From the NCBI RefSeq assembly GCF_001194135.2, contig NC_068984.1, positions 100,011,948-100,075,947 of the forward strand: 64,000 bases of DNA, in the 5' to 3' direction. This document shows, piece after piece, positions 52,821 to 64,000 of this stretch. Both the position numbers and the translations under genes were made by a program. This DNA is from Octopus bimaculoides. Its lineage: Eukaryota. Each line of letters starts with the position of its first letter. The first letter of the stretch is position 1. The notes below the pieces were generated by a model, which saw only the letters and a program-made list of their open reading frames with translations, searched no databases and was not told where the DNA came from.

Positions 52821-53419
52821 GTATGTACATCTATGTTTGTGTGTCTTTGTTTCTGTGTTTGTCTCCCACCAATGTTGGTGTGTTTATGCCCTGTAACTTA
52901 ACAGTTTGGCAAAAGAAACTGATAGAATGAGGGAAACAAGTAAAATATAAAAGGTATATAACCATGTTCCTTTGTATGCTGGCAAAGATTGGATTGATTA
53001 CCAGAGCTTTTTATTTGAGATGGAAACCACAACGCATTCTAAATTCCATTTTAGCATGCTTCCTGGGGTTGAATGCCCCTCCAAATGCCAATCACTTTGC
53101 AATATGTATTAGGTGCATTTAATCTTGGAACCAGCACTGAAGAGTTTGTCATGTAAAAGTTCCTCTGAACCCTCATTGTCTGCATCTGTTCATTGCATGA
53201 GGTGTATTTTGTTGTGGTATTAGCACTAGTGTGGTTGCTTTGTCTTCTGCAAGACTGAAGGGTCCTTTCTACTCCTTTTTGTTTCCGTTTATTCAAATCA
53301 GTGTGCAAATGGATGAACACAGAACAAAGTGATGGCAGGAGGAAAGTCAGGGTGTGAAAGAAGAGAAAGTAGAACAAGATTATGGGAGAGATAATAATGT
53401 GAGAGAAGAGAGAGAGCGA

Positions 53420-53455
<36 letters not shown>

Positions 53456-54671
53456 CAGAAAAGGTTTTATCAAGGTTAATTAATGCTAGGTATGGTGGCT
53501 TACTTTTATATATAGCTTACTTTTATATATGGTTTACTTATATATATACTTTTATGTATAGCTATGAAGAGGGTATCAGTCATACTCTTCTTGGCTCGAA
53601 GCCAATCTGAAACTCAGTTATTCATATGTATATATATATAATACATATATTGCCTTTTGTAATAGAGAGAGAGATAGACATGTAAGAGAGTATTAATAGC
53701 AAATCAGTTTAGAAGCGAAAAACAAAAGACATTTACGGACATGCAAGAATAGTGAAAATGTATAAACAACTTGTGCTCCAAAATATAACTAACAGTTTGG
53801 TTAAAGTATCTCACTGATGTTGTCTAAATTCCTATGATAGAGCACTACTTCTAAACTAGAAACTGGCTTTCTTCATTGGTGAAACATTCAAAAAATAAAT
53901 CAGAAAAACATACATATATACATATAACTACACACCTTGGTATATATTTGGCTCAAGCACATTTTATAATCACATATTTGATTTATATTATATTACATTA
54001 AATTATATTACATTCCACTGTATTGTATTATATACCAATGTGTGTGTGTTGTTGCCGGTTAAGTGGCAAAGAAATTATCATTACTGTTTTTATTAACATC
54101 CTCATCATCATCATCATCATCACCATCGTCATTGTTATTCCTTCAACATCCCCATCAAACCCATCGCCAACACAACCACCACCACCACTATCACCAATGG
54201 AGTCAATACTGTGGAACATTGGAATATATAGAATATAACAACATGAATTGCAAAGACTGTAGCAGTGACACAAATAGATGCATTGAAGAATTTCCGCAGG
54301 GGTTCTTTACGTAGACGAACAAGTCAAATAGTTAATTCTAAAGAGATCAAAGAAGGCCTATCAGTCATTATTATTGGCAGAATTCAAAGAATCAGAAGTG
54401 AAAGGAACATTGGAACTCACTCGATATTGGTTTCATGTGAATTCAACTGATATAAAGCAAAAATTATACATACAGCAGCTGAGTTTAACTTATACACTCT
54501 TTAGTAGTTTCTCTCTACTAATTGCTCAAATGTGTGTATGTGCATATATTATACATAAATATACATATATTTATGTGTCTGTGTGTACATATATGTGTGT
54601 GTATATATGCATGTATGTATGTGTGTGTGTGCATATGTATATGAGTGTGTACATATATATATATATGAGTG

Positions 54672-54738
<67 letters not shown>

Positions 54739-55405
54739 ATGTGTGTGTATATATATATATGTATGTATGTGTGTATACACGTATAGATGTATCTGTACAT
54801 GTGTGTGAGTGCATGTGTGTGGGTGTGGGTGTGAGTGGGTGGGTTCTGAGTGAGTGGGTTCTGAGTGGGTGGGTGGGTGCATGTATGTGTGTGTGCTTTT
54901 TACACCTGTTTCTTTCTGCTAGCAAATACTTATTCAATCAATGTTTTTACAACTAGATGCCCTTCCTACCACTAATGTTTACCTGTTTTTCAAGTAATGG
55001 ATTTTTTTATTCCACTTCTCTTTAAAGCCATAGCACGACTGGTCAGAATGTCAATATGGCATGTAAACATCACATTACTATATCACTCAAGCAGTGACAA
55101 ACCAAAATTTTGAATGTCAACTCTCATGCACACACACACAAACCACACAAACATGTATGCATATATAACGAGCCTCTGTACAGTCTACCACTTATATTTG
55201 CAAGGCACCAACCACTTGAGGCTATTGTAAAAGACATTTGACTTGAATGAAAAGCGGTGAGAGAGAACTTGGAAACATATATGTATGTATATGTTTGTGT
55301 GTGTGTGTGTGTAAATATGTATATGTATATTTATGTATATGTTTATAGATGTATGTATGTGTGTGCATGTGTGATGTATGTATATTTATGTATATGTATA
55401 TATTT

Positions 55406-55446
<41 letters not shown>

Positions 55447-55980
55447 TTAATTTACGAAGGTGTCATTAATTCTATTATTATCCAATGTAACTATTTTAAG
55501 AATGATAATAACAGAATCAATGACACAGGTGACAGCAGGCCAAAAAATAGCATTAATATNNNNNNNNNNNNNNNNNNNNNNNNNNNNNNNNNNNNNNNNN
55601 NNNNNNNNNNNNNNNNNNNNNNNNNNNNNNNNNNNNNNNNNNNNNNNNNNNNNNNNNNNNNNNNNNNNNNNNNNNNNNNNNNNNNNNNNNNNNNNNNNNN
55701 NNNNNNNNNNNNNNNNNNNNNNNNNNNNNNNNNNNNNNNNNNNNNNNNNNNNNNNNNNNNNNNNNNNNNNNNNNNNNNNNNNNNNNNNNNNNNNNNNNNN
55801 NNNNNNNNNNNNNNNNNNNNNNNNNNNNNNNNNNNNNNNNNNNNNNNNNNNNNNNNNNNNNNNNNNNNNNNNNNNNNNNNNNNNNNNNNNNNNNNNNNNN
55901 NNNNNNNNNNNNNNNNNNNNNNNNNNNNNNNNNNNNNNNNNNNNNNNNNNNNNNNNNNNNNNNNNNNNNNNNNNNNNNNN

Positions 55981-56029
<49 letters not shown>

Positions 56030-56402
56030 TAGATAGATAGATACATATATATATGTATATATTGATACATACATATATATATGTATATATATACATATAT
56101 GCATACATATATGTATATATATATACATATACATGCATAATCATATATATATATACATACATATATGTATATATATATACATATATATGCATAATCATAT
56201 ATATATATACATATATATATGTATGTATATAAACAAAAAACTGGCATTCATATATTAGTTGGTAGTTATATTAATATATATACAATTCAGTATCAAAGTT
56301 CCATTTGAGCTGCTTTTAACAATCAGTTTCTTGCAAGAGAGTTTGGGAAATTAATAAAAAAGCTTGGCACTCATCAAGGGAATAGATACATACACACACA
56401 CA

Positions 56403-56463
<61 letters not shown>

Positions 56464-56464
56464 T

Positions 56465-56501
<37 letters not shown>

Positions 56502-57714
56502 ATACATACATACATACATATATACATACATACATACATACATATATATATATATATAAGAATATATAAGAGAGGGAGAAACTCTTGTCTTATTCCTATT
56601 CTACATTCATGCTTCTATTCATTATCTCTTCTACTCATTATAGTAAACCACCAGCAACTGGGCTGAAAGCAATCATTTTGTACATACTGATACCCCACTC
56701 TCTCAGTACCTATCTTATACCCTCCTATTTCCTCACCATCTCTTCTATGCAATGCACCATGTCATCGACCCTGTGCATTCTGAATCTACCCTATCTCCAC
56801 CATTCATATCTGGCTAAATCTCCGTTCACCATTCTTTTTGAATTATAATGCTTGAATCAGAAGGGTATCAACTGCCCCCTTACAACCTTCATTCACTGTT
56901 CCTGAGTCCTATCACCACATTCTCTTCTATTCACCTTCTTAAGAATGTTACTTTCAGACTATGTTGATGTACGTCCTAATTCTCTTTGTCGTTACTCAAT
57001 TACTTTCTCCACTACTAACCTCATATAACAATAAATCCATTCCTGTCAGCAGGCTCTAACTTTTCCCAACACCTCACCTAAAACTGACACTCTTTCTTTT
57101 AGTCTCTCTTTCACCTTGTGAGTTACAAAGCAACTTCACTAGTATTGTTGGCATGAAAAAGTACCCAGTATACTCTATGAATTGTAGTGGGTACTTTTAC
57201 AAGGTAAATCAAGTTGAGACAATGCAGATTTTGAGAGGACTCAAATTTTGTCAAGGGCAAGACAAACTATGTAATACTGGTCCACGATTAAAATGTATTC
57301 AATGCTCTGTAAAATGGTTGACGTTAGGAAGGGTATCTAGCTATAGAAACTATGCCCAAAATTGCGACAATGAAGTAAAATATGGTTCTCTGACTTGTCA
57401 GACCTTGTTGAATCATGGCAGCATGGAAAGTGGACATAAAATAATGCTACCACCACAGCCTATGATGACAATAGCCATGACACAACAACAACAACTGTCA
57501 AAGATTCTTTAAATCACAAACCATGCCTTTATTGCCATGGATTGGTACATTGAGAGCAACAGGTGACTGTATAGGGAAGATGTTCTGTTGAGTCAATTAG
57601 AAAAGAGTCAAAATGCTAGCATGTTGTAGTTTCGAACTTTTCTATTAGGATTTTTTACCCTATTTTTGTATGAGTCACTTATTTTTCTATATTTTCTTGC
57701 ACACATACACACAA

Positions 57715-57792
<78 letters not shown>

Positions 57793-57795
<3 letters not shown>

Positions 57796-58197
57796 GGTGC
57801 AGGCATGGCAGTGTAGTAAGAAGCTTGCTTCCTAACCATATGGTTCTAGGTTCAGTCACACTGTGTGGTACCTTGAGCAAGTGTCTTCTACTATTGCATC
57901 AGCCCAACCAAAACCTTGTGAGTGGACCTAGAAGATGGAAACTGAAAGAAGCCGATCATGTGTGTGTGGGTGTATGTTCTTGTCTGTATTTGTCCCCCAC
58001 CACAGCTTGTCAACTGATGTTGATGTGTTTATGTCCTCAGAACATTAGCAGTTCAGCAAAAGAGACCGATAGAATAAGTACCAGACTTATAAAAAAAATA
58101 AGTACTGGGGTTGATTCATTTGACTAAAATTTCTTCATGGTGTTGTCCCAGCATTGCCACAGTTTAATGACTGAAACAACTGAAAGATAAAAGATAG
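57793..58197 (+). mobile_element. SINE family D (CORE-like), full-length sense copy
   Basis: Collinear with the reverse complement of 34040-34452. Confidence 0.85.
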
Positions 58198-60165
58198 CTG
58201 TTATACATATTTCTTATATATAATAATTTATATATAGCCTCTTATACATCCTTAAATACTGTCTGATACAAGGCCCTTATTCTTATATGAGTCCCTTGTA
58301 ATTGTTTGCATCAATAAAATCCATTTCAATTACCATCACCATCAATGTTTCAAAACTTTTACACTTTAATTATCAGAATGTGAAATGATATTGGTATGGT
58401 GTGGAGGAAAGAGTTGTACCCAACTCTTTCAATGGCCCTTCGAGATCAGTGAGGCCAACATGGCTGATATCCCTTGGAACAGTTGCAAAATGATAGTTTC
58501 TGAGAAAACATGAATAGGCGATAAGAATTCCAGTGAGATGATATTATGGAGAGGAAGAGATGGGTGGGTGTAGCAATTAGTATAGTGTCAGTAGGTAGAG
58601 ACAACATGGGTGACAAGAGAGGAGGGATAAATGTGTTTGGACTTCTTGAGTGAAGGAAGCTCTAGACCAACCAGCTCTAAGAAGCAGAGGTCAGTACCAA
58701 GGCATAAAAATGGCAGAAATAGCAGCCAAAATTCCCTCAAATGATTCTCTAGATTATGACTGAGTAAACAAGGTATCATATATCCATACTCTTGCATTTT
58801 TTGTCCTATACATATGCAACATGAAAATGGGACTTCTACCACCCCTATATGTTATGGGATTCATCAATAGTGAACATATAATAAATACTGTGTTGCTGTT
58901 GCTGACATACTCTGATTGGCCAGCTAAGCTCAAAGAGACCTTTTGTAAAGAGGAAGGTAAATCATGTTGTTGGCTATCATCAGCATTTTCATCAAATTGT
59001 CGCTGCTGTCACCATGATAACCACCATTACCGTTATCATGATCAAATTTTCATCATCATATTCTCACCACAATCACTACCACCATTACCCTCTCCCACTA
59101 CTGTCATTATCACTGCCACCACCATCATCACCATCACTAGTATCATCATCATCACCAACGCCATCACCACAACATTACACCATTACCATCATCATTACAC
59201 AACAACAAATCATGTTCATCTCATCTCGGCCCCAGTTACTGCTTATCTTCCACTTATCCTCCACACTCAGTGCTCCCCTCCCTTTACAACAAAGAAGCTT
59301 CTCACTTCACATTTCATTCAGCCTACCTTTTGTTCAAAGACAAACATCCTTTGTTGTTACTGCACTCAACAGGTCCCTAGACACAACTGATTCCTAAATT
59401 TCTTCCATCTTTTTCTATCACTAACAGCTATCAACAACCAAGCTTAATAAAAGGCCTCTGTGTGATAGCTCATACTGTTATAAGTAACATCTAAATTACT
59501 CTCAAAGTCTACTTTCTTAAAACCAAAAGAAAAGAAGGATTTATTGGCTAGTCCAAGACACACTGTGTCTGAAACAGAGACAGAATGGTCAAGGATAGAA
59601 TCGTTTCAGTCATGGGTTTGCTGTTCCAGCTATGAGAATCACGTGAACCATAATATATACAATAGAACTACATTATCTTACGTATCCTTCTTTCATTTAT
59701 GATAGCATGTTGACATTAGCAAAAATTTTAGCTTTTATATCTAAAAACGTAAGCAACAATCTAGAAGGCTCCCTTGTTAGCTCACCATGGAGAAATCTCT
59801 CTGTAGGAAGCAAGAACGTCTAGATTAACATAAAGCCTTGTTGATTATTGTAATTAATGGACACCAATCAATAAATCAGTCTGCAGCTACTGAGGAAGAG
59901 TAGGAGATGGGAGGTGAAAAACTTCGAAAATATATTTCATTGTTGTTGTTGTGTCTGCTGCTATTTGTTGGTTTTGTTTTTTTGTTCTTTTGATTTTTAT
60001 TTTTTTATGCCATAACTGAAAATGAATTATTATTATTACTTATTGTTGTTGTCTCTTGTTTGAATTTCATGATTTATGTTTATACACACAACATAATTCT
60101 TTTGGTATTTTGCCTTCATCATCATCATCATCATCATCACTATTGTTGATGCTGCTGTTGTTGGT

Positions 60166-60309
60166 ATAGGCACAGGCATGGTTGCATGGTTAATGTGGTC
60201 TCAGGCTCAATCCCACTGCATGGCACCCTGAGCAAGTGTCTTCTACTGTAGCCCTGGGCCAACCAAAGCTTTGTGAGTAGATTTGGTAAATGGAAACTGA
60301 AAGAAGCCC

Positions 60310-60351
<42 letters not shown>

Positions 60352-60580
60352 TGCATCCTTGTCTTGACATCACATGATAATTATAAATGAGCATCACTAT
60401 CACACAGGCGATGATGCTCACTTCCAGTCTTCTGTAGAGAATCTGCCTAGTCATAAGGGAACATTACTGTGCTTAGAAATAAGTGAGGGTTGCAGGCATG
60501 AAGGGCATCCAACTAGAGAATCTGCCTCTAGAAATTCTGTCTGACCCAAACAAGCATGGAAAAGTTAGCACTAAATAAAT
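60166..60580 (+). mobile_element. SINE with family D head, (TG)n, distinct middle and RTE-like 3' tail
   Basis: Head as in family D; tail AAGGGCATCCAACTAGAGAA...AAGCATGGAAAAG matches the RTE 3' end. Confidence 0.7.
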
Positions 60581-62261
60581 TCTAATGAATTAAATAGAAT
60601 AGTGGTTTTGGAGGAATCATTAAAGTGTCGGACAAACTACTTTGCTCTGTGTCTTCTGGCATATTACTTACTGAGTTCAAATCTTGCCAACATCAACTTT
60701 GCCTTTCCTCCTCCTGGGGTCAATAATTTACCAATCATGTACTGGGTTCTCATGTAACTAGACTGAAGAGTCTGTTCTTTCATATTCCAATGTTCAAAAG
60801 GTCCATCTTTTGCACAAAGGACTCAGTATGCCATTGCTGCAGTATTTGTAGAAATTCCTAGGTGGTGGGCAAGATTGTCCTTCATTTCAGAGACACAACT
60901 TTACACAAATTTTCTCTTTAATGAACCAATATTCTGCATCCAGTAAAGGCCAATTTTGAGTGTCTACTATCTGGAAATATTATCAGGAGTCCACAGTTGT
61001 TTTTTTTTTTTCAATGTTTTTGTTAAAAGAGAAGCAGTGCTCATGATCCTTTACAAAGTGTTCAAAATTGTGAAAGGGAAGCAGAAAGGAAAATATTCAC
61101 AAGCTAGACACCTGGACAGATTTCTTACAACAAAGTGGATTTTATTAAAGTTACACAAGGTGCCAGTTGATGTTTAACTGAGCAATGGCTTAAGTCTGCC
61201 AACTAAGTAGGCCATATAGAGTAATTTTAACTCAGAATGCAAATAATAAATACATGTGAGACACCTGGTGTGACATACCTATAGTTCTGGTAGTTCACTA
61301 AAAAAGGATAAGTCTCCATTTATCAACTCTGAAAAGATGAGTTTAAGTTCTGTATCAAGTTGATAATGCAGTCAGAAGTAAATGAATCCTTGCATTTTGT
61401 AGAGGATTATTAGTAAGCAACACTGATGATATTCTTGGAGAGATTCTAGGTGTTGAAGTTTGACTGACCAGTTTATTCTAGAGGACTTTCAGCTAAGGGA
61501 ATATAGACAACCTACAGAATACTCAGGCTCTAGCAGAGCAACAAGGGGTGCATTGCCAGTTTAGGTTAGACTTCACAGGCATAGTCAACTGGACTTACCA
61601 ACGATGCATCCAAAGTAATGAAATTATTCTGATAAGCTTACAGTCTTATGGAATTACATCAAATAACTGCTGTATATAGAACAGATGTGACTGTCGGCTG
61701 AGTCCACCATGAGGTTCACCCAACCACTTTTCTTTAGCATATTAGAGCTTGCCTACCTATGCCTATCTATGCATGTGGAGACTGGATCTAGTGGACTCTG
61801 TAGAAGAAACATTCATGGCTCAATGAAAGTGAAGGCAGCTGCAAGAATGCATTGTGGAATGTAGAAAGCATGATGCAGCAATGAAGACATCTTAGTCATC
61901 CACTGCATCCATCTCCGTTCCCAGTTGTCTCGACTTGGTCCTGCCACTGGATTGAAGATAGTCACAGACAAGAATGAGGTTGGTCGTGTGCAACTCTTCT
62001 TCACTTTAAACAAAGTCACCAAGCAAGGCATCAGTCATCATTAACGATAACTAGAGGGTTGTTATCCCTCCTATGGATGAACAGTCACTCAGTCATTATT
62101 ACTTCTGCCTTAGTGAAGGCAGAGGTATTGCTTTCGGTCATGTTTGTTTGTTTGTCCATGGACAAGATATCTCAAGAACCACTGGATGGATTAGAATGAA
62201 ACTTTCAGAGTTGTTTGGCCTCATGACTGGCACAAACTGATTATGGGTACGAACTGATTGT

Positions 62262-62345
62262 AGGCATATGGCGTAGTGGTTAAGAAAGCAGGCTACTAAC
62301 CCCAAGATTCTGAGTTCAATTCCAAACAGTGACCTGAACACTAAC

Positions 62346-62404
<59 letters not shown>

Positions 62405-62551
62405 TAATAACATTAAAAAATACCTTAGGAATGAGAACCCAGGTTCGAAATTTCCCCAAGATACCTGATGAAGGCTGGAGGGTATATCAGCCGAAACGTT
62501 GTGGTAACAACAAACAAGATGAGGACAAATATCCGTCAAATGTAAATAATG
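62262..62551 (+). mobile_element. tRNA-headed SINE with internal (AAT)n and a hammerhead-ribozyme-bearing, Penelope-like tail
   Basis: A box TGGCGTAGTGG (62269-62279), B box GAGTTCAATTCC (62312-62323); CTGATGA-A-GGCTG-loop-CAGCC-GAAA-CGT at 62465-62499. Confidence 0.75.
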
Positions 62552-62939
62552 TTTAGTGTAGGTGTTTTGTTTTTTGCTGATCATTAACCTTGTGTTAATA
62601 TCCATATATTTGTATGTATGTATGTATGTATGAATGAATGAATGAAGATGAGAAATAAGTAAGTGGTATCAATTCCCAGACTGGGTGGTGTGTTGTGGTC
62701 TTCAGCAAAAACACTTCATCTCATGTTGCTCTACAATCACATCAAGACCTAACACATGGTACACAGTGCACCTGTTCAGACAACATTGATTTGATGGAGA
62801 GAATGATCTTATGCTCAGCATGAACATTTGATCACTATAAGCAATTTGTTTGTGCAGATCGTTCGGCAAAAGCTGAATGCTCACTTGTCATTTTCAGCAG
62901 GAGAGTCCACCATGCATGCATGCATGCATGTATGTATGT

Positions 62940-63328
62940 GTGGAGGCGCAATGGCCCAGCGGTTAGGGTAGCGGACTCGCGGTCATAGGATCGCAGTTTC
63001 GATTCCCAGACCGGACATTGCTAGTGTTTATTGAGCGAAAACACCTAAAGCTCCACGAGGCTCCGGCAGGAGATCGTGGCGAACTCTGCTGTACTCTTCC
63101 ACCACAACTTTCTCTCACTCTTACTTCCTGTTTCTGTTGTACCTGTAATTCAAAGGGTCAGCCTTGTCACACTGTGTCACGCTGAATACCCCCAAGAACT
63201 ACGTTAAGGGTACACGTGTCTGTGGAGTGCTCAGCCACTTGCACGTTAATTTCACGAGCAGGCTGTTCCATTGATCGGATCAACTGGAACCCTCGACGTC
63301 GTAAGCGACGGAGTGCCAACAACAACAA
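62940..63328 (+). mobile_element. Second young SINE family B copy with 13-bp TSD
   Basis: Collinear with 40297-40685; CATGTATGTATGT at 62927-62939 and 63329-63341. Confidence 0.9.
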
Positions 63329-63901
63329 CATGTATGTATGTATGTATGTATGTATGTATGTATGTATGTTTGTATGTATGTATGTATGTTTGTATGTACG
63401 TATGTATGTATGCATGTATGTTTGTATGTATGTATGCAAGCATGCAAATACAGCAGGGGATTGGCTGAATCATTAGAGCATCAAGCAAAATAATTTATAT
63501 TTGATTATGGCTCTTTATGCTCTGATTTCAAATCTTACCAAATTCAAGGTCAATTTTGTCTTAGATCCTTCAAAGCTCACTGAAAACAGTACTAGGGTTC
63601 ATTTAATCAACTAACCCCACACTTTACATTTGTGACCCTATGTTAGAAATCAATATATGTATTTAATCCCCAGCTATTGGCTGTCTTATTTCTCATTAAT
63701 ATGTCTCCAAACTTAATTCTTTAAAGCAAAATTTGTGTAAGAATGTATGTTTGGCAAATTTAATCCAATATGAAAATATGATTTAATTAAGTTATTTGAA
63801 TATCATTATTTCAAAGTTTTTTTTTTACTAAATTTTACTTTTATTTATTGATTTATTTATATTTATTTTTGTATTTTTTTTTCTTTTTAAATTCTCTGCA
63901 G

Positions 63902-64000
63902 TTTGTCAGGAACACCCATTTAAAGACAAGTATCTCTTCTATCGCTTCATTGATTCTCGTTCTGATTGTGGTGGAAGTGGTGGTGGTGGTAGTGGTGGTG
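63902..64000 (+). CDS. RAPGEF4: Epac next exon (phase 1 start; DEP C-terminus, runs off the window): (V)CQEHPFKDKYLFYRFIDSRSDCGGSGGGGSGG
   Basis: Long T-rich tract with TTCTCTGCAG acceptor at 63901. The G from the previous exon plus TT gives Val. The peptide matches the Epac motif VDQEHHFQDKYLFYRF. Confidence 0.93.

Noticed and set aside
54265-54450. ORF with PKA-like RRGS/RRTS motifs as an alternative Epac first exon
   Set aside because: No good donor site, no homology, and overlapping short ORFs in other frames; consistent with chance.
61450-62050. Possible very old LINE remnants (also about 56.6-57.1, 58.4-58.7 and 60.8-61.0 kb)
   Set aside because: Only scattered motif-like fragments; too degenerate to assign a family or boundaries without a profile search.

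Overview
AT-rich, microsatellite- and retroposon-dense animal genomic DNA. The repeat families look like those of an octopus or other coleoid cephalopod (inferred from pattern recognition, not a database search). There are several N gaps (15300-15535, 30505-31028, 32349-32879, 39338-39672, 55560-55980, plus 10-N joins). Most or all of the window is intronic sequence of one + strand gene, an Epac/RAPGEF4-type cAMP-regulated Rap GEF. Two exons are well supported: 45531-45759 (most of the DEP domain) and 63902 to the window end (DEP C-terminus, missed by the ORF track). They join in phase 1 across an 18.1-kb intron. Two small upstream candidate exons (8407-8481, 13308-13377) splice in frame into the DEP exon but have no recognisable homology. 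The introns hold a DD37D/maT transposase remnant, a Tigger/pogo remnant, RTE LINEs (one with a PHD finger inside ORF2), two R4/Dong-type restriction-like-endonuclease LINE fragments in (TAA)n, several tRNA-derived SINE families, a MITE and two long foldback elements. The most notable observations are a tRNA-headed SINE whose tail carries a minimal Penelope-type hammerhead ribozyme motif (62262-62551), two further decayed hammerhead motifs, a 116-bp near-perfect hairpin 1.2 kb downstream of the DEP exon, a 33-nt minisatellite carrying TCF/LEF sites, and a strand switch of the main SINE family at about 23-26 kb. Nearly all ORF-track entries are microsatellite or N-gap artefacts.
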